Positions 15,097 through 32,125 of a stretch of 64,000 nt of DNA are shown piece after piece. The translations under genes and the position numbers were made by a program. The stretch comes from Spongospora subterranea f. sp. subterranea (lineage: Eukaryota). The stretch is taken from the NCBI GenBank assembly GCA_049724395.1, contig JAUGWO010000102.1, positions 310,001-374,000 of the forward strand, written 5' to 3'. Within the stretch, counting starts at the first letter, position 1; each line of letters opens with the position of its first letter. Under the pieces are notes generated by a model, which was not told the origin of the DNA, ran no database searches, and saw nothing but the letters and a program-made list of their open reading frames with translations.

Positions 15097-15738
15097 TCAA
15101 ATTTCGGATAACGTAGAGGCAAAGCTAGTTTTGCCGTCTTCGCCTTCCATGATAATCGCAGCGTGTGATGACCTGAGTTGATCGAGGGTTTTCTTATCCT
15201 CAAGATCTTCTGCTGCGTTTTTGAGAGTGACATATCTGCCCATTATGAAAATAGTGGATATGATGCAGCAACTGCTCAAGAAAAACGTGCCAGTAGCCAT
15301 AGTAATTGTTGCCGATGTCTGGTCCTTCATAGTGGCAATCATCGCTGAAAGCGAGAAGAAGAGGAAGAAGCAGAAGGCGTGCACAGTAATATAAACCAAA
15401 GTGTGTTGCTGTTTGTGATGCCTTCGCGACCAAGCCATCCCAGAGACAATGATAGGTAGAATCGGAGCAAACCTACGAATTACTTAGATTTGAAAACGCT
15501 AACCATGATGACATCATGTTTACAATACGGTGATCATGAAAACTGACGTTGACTCAGTCTCGTGCTCGAACATTGCAAGCAGGCCACCAAACCATATTTG
15601 AACAGTGAATAATATTTGGGCAATCCAGAGTGCCAGGGTACCGAAGTACCAGAATCCTTTCAAGGGTTCCGCTTCATCAGCATCGTCGTCGACAGGAAGG
15701 CCAGCTTCGTTCTCTTGCAAAATATCAACGGTTGACAT
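15097..15738 (-). CDS. Hypothetical ~4-TM membrane protein
   Basis: Two hydrophobic ORFs joined by a short intron near 15472-15522. Confidence 0.6.
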
Positions 15739-16450
15739 TGATTAAGAGCAGTTGACCATCCGGAAATGCAACTTCAGCCGATAACGTGAGTCACTTCTTG
15801 TGACGTTTTGTATTCTGAAGTAAAACAAGCCCATACTAATCATACAAGTTCCTGCGCGGAAAATGGCTTTCGCTGGGGGTTGTCAGACGCCACCGACTAC
15901 AGATGCGATCAATACAATTCATAGAAATTTTCGGAGAGCTGCGTTCAGAGGTGACTCTGCCAGATAATCATGCTATGCACTCTCTGTCATAACCTCAGGT
16001 CGCAAACGCCTTGGCGGGTTTTCGTTAGCGATCGTCCACAACAAAAGCAGGTGTGTCATTTAGGGAAATCATGGGCGTTTTGATATGGGCAAGGCCTTTA
16101 CGACCCTGAGCAAAACTCGAAATCGAATACGGCAGCCGCCCACTTTCGGCAATGATTAACCATGAGTTTTGGCTGTGAAATTCTACAGCGATTGCAAACG
16201 TTAGCGCCCAGTTGGTATGTGTCCAGGAAGGAGTTTCACACAACCTGATTGGCGACAACGTTTTGAGATTCCCAGCGCGGACATTATCACCAACAACGGA
16301 TGCGCCGTTAGGGCAGCGCGTTCGGTGAGGAGTGACCTCCAACATGCAGCGCTATCTATGTTTCAGGCTGTACTTAACGTTGGACATACACATGGGTCAG
16401 AGACTAGGGACATTCGATGACAGGTCATTTCGTTATTGGTTGTGGTCGCA

Positions 16451-21410
<4,960 letters not shown>

Positions 21411-21793
21411 TTACACGTCAAATATAATTTAATGGCAGCCGACCCGATCGCAGGATAAACTCTGTCGGCAACGATTGGCTGCAACAGCATATTTTATCAT
21501 ATAGGAAAACATGACAATTTTTGTAACGCCCAGATACTATTGATAACTGTCAGTTCTTGTCGATATAAAAATCGCCCCATCCAACAATCGTTTGATTCAG
21601 TGGCCATGTTCCGAAAAGCGCCAACAGTCGAAAACCCTGGGCCCAATATGCTGGCGCGTTGAAACGGAACTGGTTGGCGTAATGCGTAGTGTTAGAATTG
21701 GTCATCTCCATCTATTCGAACTGGTATTATTCTAGTGGATTAGTCCTCGGCTGATTTTGCTCGGCTGCCCACTCTGGTCATTTTCGAAAATAA

Positions 21794-22540
21794 TGATTCT
21801 GATTCAGCGCCTGACTCCATGTATCCATCGCTCGAATCGTGTAGCCAGCAACGCGCAGCGGCCAGATATCAGGTCCGAATCTGTCGGTCCCCGTCCGCAT
21901 CCAGAGCATTTCCTGCATCTTGTCAAACGATATCATCCCCATACAGAAGCGTGGCTGCGAGTTGTTCGTATCTGTGGATATCTGTTATTTAGTTTGTCTA
22001 TCGTCGTATGGACGGGTGTAATTCATGCCGCCCACGCCAGAAGAAGAGGGTTTATCATACAGGCTTCAAAAACGTCTCGACAGGAAATCATGTATAGCGC
22101 GTTGTTTACAGTGATTGGGATTACGGCAACGGTATGTCGTGATTGTAAATTGGTCCCGTTGATCGTCAAGGGCTGATCACTTTCCTTGCAGATATTACCC
22201 CTTATGGCTGTGGTCATTAATCTCAAATACCCAGACAGCAAACACCGTCTTGTCGCTCGGCTAAGAGTCACGGCTCTTGTCATTCTCCTTCTCTTTCTTA
22301 TCTCCTCGCTTTATTCGTCGTGCTCAACAGGTGGAATCATTGTCGTTTATCAACATTTTTTCTAGGCACTGATCAGCTAGTTTAGTCTCAGGAATGAATT
22401 ATGGAAGGTCTTTGACATCTTTCATGATGGTGGCCGCAACGTTAGTATTGTCGTGCCTACCTAGTGCTTCGCATCGTCATTTTTCAACCAGTTTTTGTTT
22501 TTTATAGGTTTATGATCATTGTCATCAACGTTAGCTTAAT
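21794..22540 (+). CDS. Hypothetical multi-pass membrane protein
   Basis: ORF 21757-22176 plus downstream hydrophobic exons separated by short introns. Ends uncertain. Confidence 0.45.
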
Positions 22541-22674
22541 TATATTGGGTGATCTTCCTCTTCCGAGGACTAATACTCCATTATTTGATATGGGTCCCCT
22601 TTCGTCGTCACCCAGCAGGGATCGTCGCTATACATTTTGAGAAGAAACATTCTAGATAAAACATTTTATTTCAT

Positions 22675-25600
22675 TCAAATTTCTTCACCATTTTCGTCAT
22701 CATCAGCAATAATACGACTGGATTTTTTTCTTAACGTGCGCCTTGTGTTATCCTCTTCATTGACGTCGACTTCGTCATCCATTTTTTTACGTCCATCGCC
22801 ACGCTGGTCTACATCCATGCGCGTGTCATGAGAAGCCTGCTGTTTCTTGCGCTTCACGCGTCTCGTTCCTCCGTCGTCGCTATCATCGTTATCGGACTGC
22901 ATTACGTTCAGAAATTACAATTTTTCTGGGAGATAACTGACACAATATTACCTGTTCCTTTCTTTTAGCTTTGAGATATTGCTGCTCTTGAATCCTTTGA
23001 AGTTTCAACCTATCTTGAAGCAGCGCTTCTTGTATTTTTCTTTCGTTCTCTTCTTGCCTTTTCAATTCCTCCTGGACCCGTGACTGTTCCGCTGAAAATG
23101 CCGTTTCAATAGAAAGTTCTAACTGCCGGCGGGCATCGGCTGCTTGGCTTTCGCTTTTTTCCGCATACCTGTTTCAACGTCACTAATGCCAACGAAAACA
23201 TTTCTTCAACGTAATGGTTACGCGAGGTGACGCTGCGCTAGATCGAGTGACGAATTACAAAACGCTGCATGAGCTGTTGCCTTCTCTTTGACTAGACCTT
23301 TGAATATCAAAGTTAGTCAAAATGGAAGCAACCGAGAGAACTCATACCTTCAGCATGTAATTCCAGGGCCTTAAATATGTTATAAGCGTTGTTTATGTCA
23401 AGAACAGCTTGGCGAACTTCATGAATAGTCCTTGAAGCTTTCGGTTTTTGCAACACGGAGAAAGAATAATCTTCAGAAGCAAGGGCCAAATTATACCTGA
23501 TAATTGACTTGGAAATTGACAATATGCTCGATGAAAACAAACATACCACAGCATTGATGATGACTTGAATCTGATAGCCGTCTGCAAAGACTGCTTCGCA
23601 GTTTGCATATCCCCTAAGACAAACATTGAAATATGCAAAATACTCAGGAACTGTTAAAATCTAACCTTTGAGAAAATGTGCTCTGGCTAAAAAGAGCAAC
23701 AATTCACTATCAGACTCACCAGCAGATCGCTTCTTTAGACAGGTTTCGTAAAGCTTTATGGCAGCATCAAACGAGCTATCCATGACCGCAAGATGGGCTA
23801 GATTGATCTGAGTTGTTCAAGTTAATTCTTTGTGCACACAAAGCACGTAATTGTCCTTACCCAAGCAGTCGGAATGAACGTTGCCGCCTCTCTTACATCA
23901 CTAAAGACCAAGCGAGCACGATCATGCATCTTCCGATACGCCAGACAAGCTCCAAGCCCATTGGCTGCATACACATTATGGACGTCACGCTCCAACACTG
24001 ACTTGTAGTATTTTTCAGCCTTTCTGTACACGAAAACAATTAACTTGATTTGAAATAAAACATAATCAGCGAATACCGAAGATATTGTTCCATCTGGTCA
24101 GGAACTTTCCTGGCATGGATCGATCGGGATAGATACAAATTTCCTAACGATATGCGACAATATGCATCATGCTTGCGCACAGATAGCACCTAGAGCATTT
24201 TTTTGGGCAATTTGAAAGAGTTAACTCTTGAATCTACCTTCGAAAAACATTTCTCTGCATCGTGGGTTTTCCCACCTGAAGTATACAGGCGCCCCAATTG
24301 AGTTAGTAGATGAATATTGGAAGGGTCCCGTTCCAAAGAAGATCCTATCCTGCGGACAGCTTCCTCCAAATCGCCTTTATGAACTGAAATATTGGATAAG
24401 CGCAAGTGACATTCGTAGTAATCTGGAACAATTTCAAGAATCTGAACGGAGAGTTAGATCATACTCGACTCGAACCATAAACTGAACAAACTTTGTTATA
24501 CAGCTGAGATGCTCGATTCAATTCCCCTTTCGCTTCGTAAAGGAGAGCTTGATTATAAAGGACGGCAGGAACAGATTCATCTGAAATCGAATCAGCGCAA
24601 CGAGTGAGCCATGCCTCAGCCTGTACGAGCTGAAAAGCAAAGCAAAGAGCGAACATGAAAATTTACCTCGGATAGTTGCCCTAAATATAATGCAATCACT
24701 CCGATATTATTGAAAAGCTGATAGGGGATATCACGATTTCCTTTCGAAGATTCAAGAGCCCGAACCTCAAAGAGCGATCAGCGAATGGAAAAATCTTACC
24801 CGGTTCTTGTATCACTTACTGCTTCGATAAATACAGATTTAGCCTTTGGTTTATCGGAAACTTTTCCGTTAAGAAATACATGTCCAAGTTCTACCAACAC
24901 GTCAACATTGTTCGGAACAAGTTCTCGCGCCCTGCAGCATTGTCAATAAACAAGAAACTTGATCTCTGAAAGACTCAACCTGGAAAGCAGGCGTTGTGCC
25001 TGTTCTAAGTCAGCGATTCGAGAGTACGTAATCCCCAACAACCGAAGACAATCAAATTCATCCGGATGTTGTTTGAGAACAATTTCAAAACATCGCCGTG
25101 CAGAATTGAAATCGTTTTCTCTCATATGGATTTGACCTAAGCCTAATAAAGCAAGGACATTCGTTTCGTTATATTCAGCGGATGCCACATAATTGAATCG
25201 AGCCTAATACACTTTCAACGGTTTGTATGTGAAGGGGTCGATATTACAACCTGTGAGAACTGATTCTGGATATGATATGAACGGGCGATCATGTAAAGGT
25301 TTCTAGAGCGGAGCAGCCCTGAAGTCGTATTCTTATTTGAGGTCGAGCAGAGGTCAAACACCGCTTGATGATCCCCATGATAAAACCTGAGCGCAAAAAA
25401 AAAGTGAGCTCAGCAGAATTAAAAACGGGATAAACATACAGGTGATCGGCCAGCATGGTTAACGTTAAAGGGCATGCAGGATTTATAGAGTAAGCTTTCT
25501 CCAGCATTGCTATGCTTGTACGAATCGGTTCGTCTTTGCTGCCCAAATGCAGAATTGCTAGCCCAACAAGTGCCTCGACATTGTAGGCGTCAAGAACGAG

Positions 25601-26499
25601 CACGCGTTGAAAAGCAAGTTTCGCAAGGTGGTAATCACCAAGATGCAACGCACAAAGTGCAATACCGAGACGCACATAAGCTGGACAGCCGGGATTGGAC
25701 TTCAGGGCGAGACTATACGCGGCCAGACCAGATTTATAATCTTTCTTGCAGTAGCTGACGCAGCCTTTTCCAAGTAAAGCAGCAATACTTCCTATTTAGA
25801 AGCAGTCGGAGTCAGAAGAATTGTGAAAAACGATGAAAATCCTACCAGGATTCCTGTTTACTGGGTGCCTATCGAGAATGGAATTGAACTGAAGCTCGGC
25901 CCGGACGAAATCTCCAGTTGCCAAGTACATCAAACCCTTCCCCAGCCATTGTTGTGATTCGTGAATATCTATACTGTCCGCTTTTTTGAAATAGGTGGCC
26001 GCTAACTCAAAGATCTATAAAACGCATTTCAGCGAATCTGGAAAAGTAAACTGTTTGGCGAAAACACAAACCTGTTCCCGTTTCGACTTTTCGTCTTGTT
26101 TCATTGCACTACGAGTATGGAAGACCCCTAACGCGCTGAGAATGCCGATTCTCTCCGATTTGCAAGCTCTATAATGCTGCTCGATTTCTGCAAACGATTC
26201 TGAACTAAACCGGACAGTAAACTTGAACTGTAATACCATCTCTCGTTCCCTCTTCTAGCAGAGTCCGAAACTGGTGTTCCTTCCCTACTTTATAATATTC
26301 CACCTAACCACATCGCATTTTGCATCAGCTCGATAACGTCGCGAATAAATGGGTCCGAACCGCTAATTGCAGCCATAATGCAAGAGGAGCGGCTTCGGCT
26401 CTCAACACGTTCGACGACGCTGATGGCGTCTTCAGGCAGAGCATCCAATGGAAGGCAGACCCCATCTGCAGTCCCCCGAATCGGGACATACAATGCCAT
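22675..26499 (-). CDS. CTR9: PAF1 complex subunit CTR9 (TPR repeats)
   Basis: N-terminus LDALPEDA...VLRAEAAPLALWLQLA, many TPR exons, HNVYAANGLGACLA...FSDVREA, RYNLAL, and an acidic/basic tail. Confidence 0.92.
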
Positions 26500-26813
26500 C
26501 CACGACAATGATCGCAATGATCGGAACTCCTGACGTGACACCCGGACTCCGTAATCATCACCGAATAATTGCTCGAACAACTGAATTATGATCGTCTTTG
26601 TCGACGTTTGTGTCTCACACCAGCCTACGTCGCTAACAGAAACAGTTCTATATGAATCACTTGATTTTCCAGGATTTTATTATGGTTCAGCCATGGAAAT
26701 TATGGATATACATTTGACTTCAGCGAAATTAGTTTATTGATTGTTTTTGTAGCTGTGTCTGCGGTTCAACATGAAGGTGGCGATTGCAAATAAACATCAG
26801 GTCGTCCCAATGG

Positions 26814-26890
26814 TCTCTCTCTGTCTCTCTTTGTCTCTCTCTCTGTCTCTCTGTCTCTCTGTCTCTCTGTCTCTCTCTCTCTCTCTCTCT
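26814..26890. repeat. (CT)n / CTCTGT microsatellite
   Basis: Directly visible imperfect CT dinucleotide tract in the CTR9 / TRF-like intergenic region. Confidence 0.95.
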
Positions 26891-27158
26891 TTATTGCGCC
26901 CATCAACTAACACACAGTCCACGCAGCGCATTTTCTGTTCGGCGCTGTCGGGGCACTGACACGCACCGGCCTGAGAGATCAAAGGGGTCGCCAGACTGTA
27001 CGTAACGCAACTACACACCACAGACCCAAACACGGGGGGTGGGAGAGGGAGAGAGGGAGAGGCCACAACAGACAACACTGATATCACCCATTATCATCAT
27101 CTTGTCGTCCAGCCTCGCTCGACGAACAAGAACGATCAGGTGGGTCTGCTACATACCG

Positions 27159-29237
27159 ATGTCTCCAATACCCGCAGATACGGCGAAATCCATAGCGTAC
27201 TGGATTCTTGAGGCCTGCGCGCAATACAACCTCGCTGATTTGGAAGATATCGCTTCCGATTTTCTTGGATATCGACCGCATGAAGCCAGCACGCTAAGAA
27301 TGCGCCTGAAATTTGCTGAACTACGGTCGCTTTGTGAAAACACGCCTCATGTGCAGCTTGAACTTGATAGACTACTTCAGCTTTACGATGAGCTCATCCC
27401 TTGCAGCGATCCCTCCAACACGGATTTGAAATCGCCATGGTTTTTTTTCCGAACGTTGATCATTGTCACGGTACGATGCTCGTTTTCTTGGTTATATTCG
27501 TCCAGGTGTTAATCAGAGTCGCCTCACAGTCCGCTCTCAACGCACGCAACGACGAACAAGTCTATGAACGGTTTTGCAAGCGGCTTTTATATTTTCCTTC
27601 AGCGGTACCGCTCTCTTTTCATTTTCAATTGTCCGATAAGTGACGCTGTGCTTCTATAGAACAAGAATAGCGTATGGGAAGTTAAAAGGCAAATATATCT
27701 ACAGCAACTCGCTAAGGAAATGGAAAGTTTTGCAAACGACGCGTTTAACGAATCAGAAACATCCCAATACCTCAAATTATCGAAATACGTTGGCCAATGG
27801 CACCAATACGCAGAACCGCTGGAGAAATTTATCAAGTTCGCCGTATATTCGATCATTGCGCTTGATAATGGTTTTTTTCAACAATCCCATTCAGGAGCGG
27901 CGCGCCGGTCTCGAAACTTGTTTTCTTGAAGCAGTCGCTGAAGATGTGCATAGATCAGAAACTGATAGTTCTGGTCTTGTTCTATCCGAGTAATTTTCAT
28001 TGTAAAATGTGTCACAGGGTATTAATATTTTTATGTAGTGAGAAACAGACTCGAGGTCTTACACTTTTAAGCGAACAATTTCAGGTTCTATTGGTTTCTT
28101 CTTGTAACCAGCAACTTATCAAATGATCTGTTAGGCAGATTTCATTTGCGACTCGAATCGATTGGTTAGCGAACAGAATTTTGGCGAAGAAAATGTTGAT
28201 GTCTCTTCAGACCATTATAGCGATAACACTCAGGTAATTTTGTATCCTCCGCTGTTTACATTGGTCTCCGTTAATAGTTCATGTTCCAGGAAATTAGCCA
28301 GCAAGAACGTTTACGTTTCTCAAACCGCCACGTGGAAAACCGAGTAAAAAAGCCAAATCGTCGCAAACCTATTACAACAGATGAAGCGGTATATTCTCTA
28401 ATCGAAATCAATTTTGTGGTCTCATGTAGATGCTTAGGGATTGCAAGAAGGTGATGACTTAATCGAGAAAAGGCCCAGAAAAGTTGACAAGAAAAGACGT
28501 TCTCGTAGTAAAATTCTAGACATCGTAGAACCTGTTGGTCTCGCAGTCAAATTCGCCGTTAGTCATCTGATATAGGACCCATTGGATAAGGCCATGGAAG
28601 TTGCAAATAGAATTGAACAAGCGCTTGCTTCTGGAGATTACGAGAGATGGTCTGATGGAGAAGTATTTTTTAATTTACCATCGGTTGAATTCAAAATTAA
28701 CCGTCGCTGTTCAGAAGGAGGGTGCTTCGGAAGTGCTGGAAGCCGAACCGGTATGAAGACAAAGTATTTACCTTCGTGTTATTACAAGTATTCACTCTTA
28801 CCTCAGGCCAGTGACAATGATCTGAGTATAATTCCCTATCCTAAGCACAAAAGGAGGGGTGCTAAACAAAAACTCGCCTTACCGGATACTCACCTACATT
28901 CAGTTCCTTCACCAATCACTCTTGTCAAGGCAGAGGTCTACTCGTAGTTCACAAATGGGACGTATTGAATTGATATGAAGTTGCATAGTCACGGCGACGT
29001 CTGGGAAAATTTACCGATGATGAAGTTTACGAACTCAAGAAGGGGATTGCCAAGCATGGAGTCGGCCAATGGAAAGAGATTCTCGAGGCAGGAAACTTCC
29101 AGGAAGGAAGAACGACAATGGATATCAAGGATAAATATCGCAACATGGTGAAAAAAAACAAACATTGCACAAAACCATTAACTCTGAAATTCGGGATCGC
29201 ACTAATAAAGCCTCCCATAGTCAAACCAATCATTTAA
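27159..29237 (+). CDS. Telobox/Myb-domain protein, TRF-like (helical N-terminal region, charged linker, C-terminal single Myb)
   Basis: Last exon (~28989-29150) reads RRRLGKFTDDEVYELKKGIAKHGVGQWKEILEAGNFQEGRTTMDIKDKYRNMVK, matching the telobox consensus (VDLKDKWRN). Upstream exons are inferred from splice sites. Confidence 0.7.
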
Positions 29238-30185
29238 TTAAACTGTCTAGTTCTATTCGATAATACATATGATAGTTTTAACCGCCCATTTGATTGCGAG
29301 CGAGTTTTTTGGATGAAATCCAGAGTATATTCCGGACCCAAGACTTCATCACACCATAACACGTCAATATCCTCTTGCGGATGATCCAGCTTTGCCTGAA
29401 CATCAATTAGAAACAGCTTGCTTTAACAAGAGACAGTTTACAGAGAGGTATTTCCGAAGATGTTGAACTGTGAACTGAGAGCTCGTCCTATCAACACAAA
29501 CGGATATTAAGCGCTTTGGCAAACCCAGCAGGACGAAGTCAACCTCAGATATGATATCGGGCGAACTGATGGTTGAGGACTTTGAGCAACAAGGTCAATA
29601 TCAATTAGGCATTGGTCCTCATTTTCAAAAATTCGACCACGACGCGGAGCTGACAAATTTGACGCAGATTCCTTCACAGCAGGGGAAGACGATCTAGTCG
29701 TGGAACCTAAACGGGGTTAAACGTGCTTGCTTCTATCCACAATACAGAAAATTATCACCATTGTCCGGTCCACTTGACCTTTCAGAAGGTAAAAATCTGC
29801 ACATTCGGTTCGTTATTGATTGAATAACACGATCAGGTCGAATCGCATTTTTCAAGGGATCTGCTCCCAGGGCGGCTTTACATATGGGACACGTCAAATT
29901 ACACCTTCCTTTTGAATCATTGGGCATTGAGGATGGCAGCTCGTCATCATCCGAACTGTTGCTTTCCGCTCCTGTAGATAAAGCTCAGAAACAGCGCAAC
30001 AAGCAAGGATACTGGTACAAGGTACCTTCATATCCCAGCTCAGACCGTAGACAGGCAAAACAGAAGGTATGAAGGCACTCCATAATCGTATGAGCATCTT
30101 TCAGCCAATCCGAGCATATGGCACAAGAGAGAAACGGTCGCACAGCATCGAGATCAAGTGGCAAGCCAGATGAAGGCTCAGCCAT
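29234..30185 (-). CDS. Polycomb-group RING finger (PCGF/BMI1/DRIP-like) protein with C-terminal RAWUL-like domain
   Basis: LSCAICSDWLKDAHTIMECLHTFCFAC...CPICKAALGADPLKNAIRPDRVIQSI. C-terminal FTVQHLRKYL..KL...IDVLWCDEVLGPEYTLDFI. Confidence 0.8.
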
Positions 30186-30792
30186 CTGACAAATCACCGG
30201 CTGGCCAGTTGGCCGATAAAGACCACTATAAACTCCGGAACGCGTCGCTCCTTGTCGGTTCCTTTCAAGCGCTAAATCCACTTGTTCTTATAGGCAAACC
30301 ACTATATTTGTGGATGTCCCAATGTTGGTTTATTGTTGACAATCTGTCTCTTAAACATATCAATTGGACACCTATATCTGAAATCCACGTCTAGCTCGAC
30401 AAATAACATAAAATTGACAGTTAGAACAGTTTTGCCACACCCCTCGGGGCATCTCGCTAATGTTGATTCACGTCAAAAAATCAATGTGAACTGGATCAAC
30501 GGTGTATTGACGATGAGCATGAGTCACATATCGGGATTGCCAACTGGCTCGGCAAATAATGGTGATGTATTTGACACGCACTGATAATTGGGTTCGTGCG
30601 CGTGCTGCTGTTACCTGACACCATCTCCTGTTGAGCATCGCCTTGTTACAGTCCACTAGGGACACGTAATTTTGCAGTTCAGGTATGGCCACAGTCGCTG
30701 TATCGTATCCCCGAACGTGATCCTGTGGACAGACAGTCGATTGGGACCCCCATTAGGTTCCGCATCACATTTGATCGACATCATTGCGACCA

Positions 30793-31988
30793 ATGATGTC
30801 GCTTCTTGCACGAGTACCTTCATTGGGCTCATATTGTCATTAGCCATAGCTGCACATTCGAAGCGTAACAGATCTCTTGATACGTCAGGGGCGCTCGCCG
30901 CTGTTTGTGTTGGAACCACCTTGGTTGCGGCAGGAAATCAGGTCCTGATAGTTTGAAAATCTCATCAGCGGGATTGCTGAACTCGTAATTTAGTTCGCCT
31001 TAGCCATGCTCGTGTTTTTCTTCACATCTTCAAGGTCAAACATCGCCATTTGGATAACGCCGCTTACCTGATTTTTTTTCAATAACAGGATTACCAAACT
31101 TGCTCCATCGCGCAAAAAGCAGATAGAGGTACTGAATGAAAAACCTGATGTTTTATTCACTGTGGATTTATTCCCGATTAGTCTGACTTCAAAGAAGGAG
31201 GGCAACGCACAGCAGTTCAAGTATACCTCATTTTGAAAGCGTGTATCATCCTCAGATGCTAATCTGGAGTAGGTGTTCTGTAATTCGTTTCCAGCGGTAG
31301 TTGCAGCGTCGCTGCACCTGTGCTTCTATGATCTACCAACCAACCCAGTAAAGGGGGGATAAACGTCTGAGGCGTTGCAGTTATTTGTGTTCGGTTATTT
31401 TACTTGTTGCGCTGCTGATACGTGGTCGAGTGAAATTGGAGTTTTATCAACAACCAAACCGTTCCTCGTTACCACGTGGGCAAGAGTTCCAGCCGGTACC
31501 AACGGTGCAGGTCAGTTGCTTTGACAATGGAGTTGTTCAAGACCTGATCAGTGTCCAGTCTCGTTACTTGGGTTATTTGCCAGTGCGGCTGGGGGTATTG
31601 TACAAGCGCTAACATGGTATGCGTCAACAACTTCCAATCCCGTCGTCATCTTAGTCGGCGCGCTCATTGGCGTTACTGGTTCTCTCGTTAGTTCACAGCA
31701 AATTAAGCAAATCAGATATTTTGAGCATGTCGGTTTCAGATCGATTCGCTATTGGGAGCCACTCTCCAATTTTCTGGTAAGAAACTCGATAGCAACAAAG
31801 TTGTGAACCAGCCAACTGCAAAAGCTATACATATTTCCGGGCGAAATATCCTTACAAATGATCAGGTCTCTATTATGATTATCAAACCTATCTAAAACGC
31901 TCATGATTTTTTTTAGGTAAATTTAGTAAGCGCGACATTAACTGGCTTTCTAACATCATACATCGGCAAATTATGCCATTGTGTCTGA
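30793..31988 (+). CDS. TMEM19: DUF92 / TMEM19 family membrane protein
   Basis: RSLDTSGALAAVCVG, FFFTSS, GGQRTAVQV, CCAADTWSSEIG, VPAGTNG, IDSLLGATLQFSG, SGRNILTNDQVN. Start approximate. Confidence 0.88.
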
Positions 31989-32125
31989 AAAAGACTTGAT
32001 CAAGAATCTGGAAAATAAATAATTATGAGTCTGTTTGATTGTTAGACATTCTCGCGTTCCCGTCCTATGACCACTCATAGTTATGATCAACCTATGCGTA
32101 CCTCATCGCACCTGTCGGTAATCAG

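Noticed and set aside
15780..16450. Possible snRNA or small gene in the intergenic region before ULK4
   Set aside because: Only a weak Sm-site-like word (aattttcgg) is present, with no conserved snRNA 5' motifs. The ORFs have no recognisable features.
26771..27087. ORFs with SLSLSL/ERERDR repeats
   Set aside because: They are translations of the CT microsatellite.
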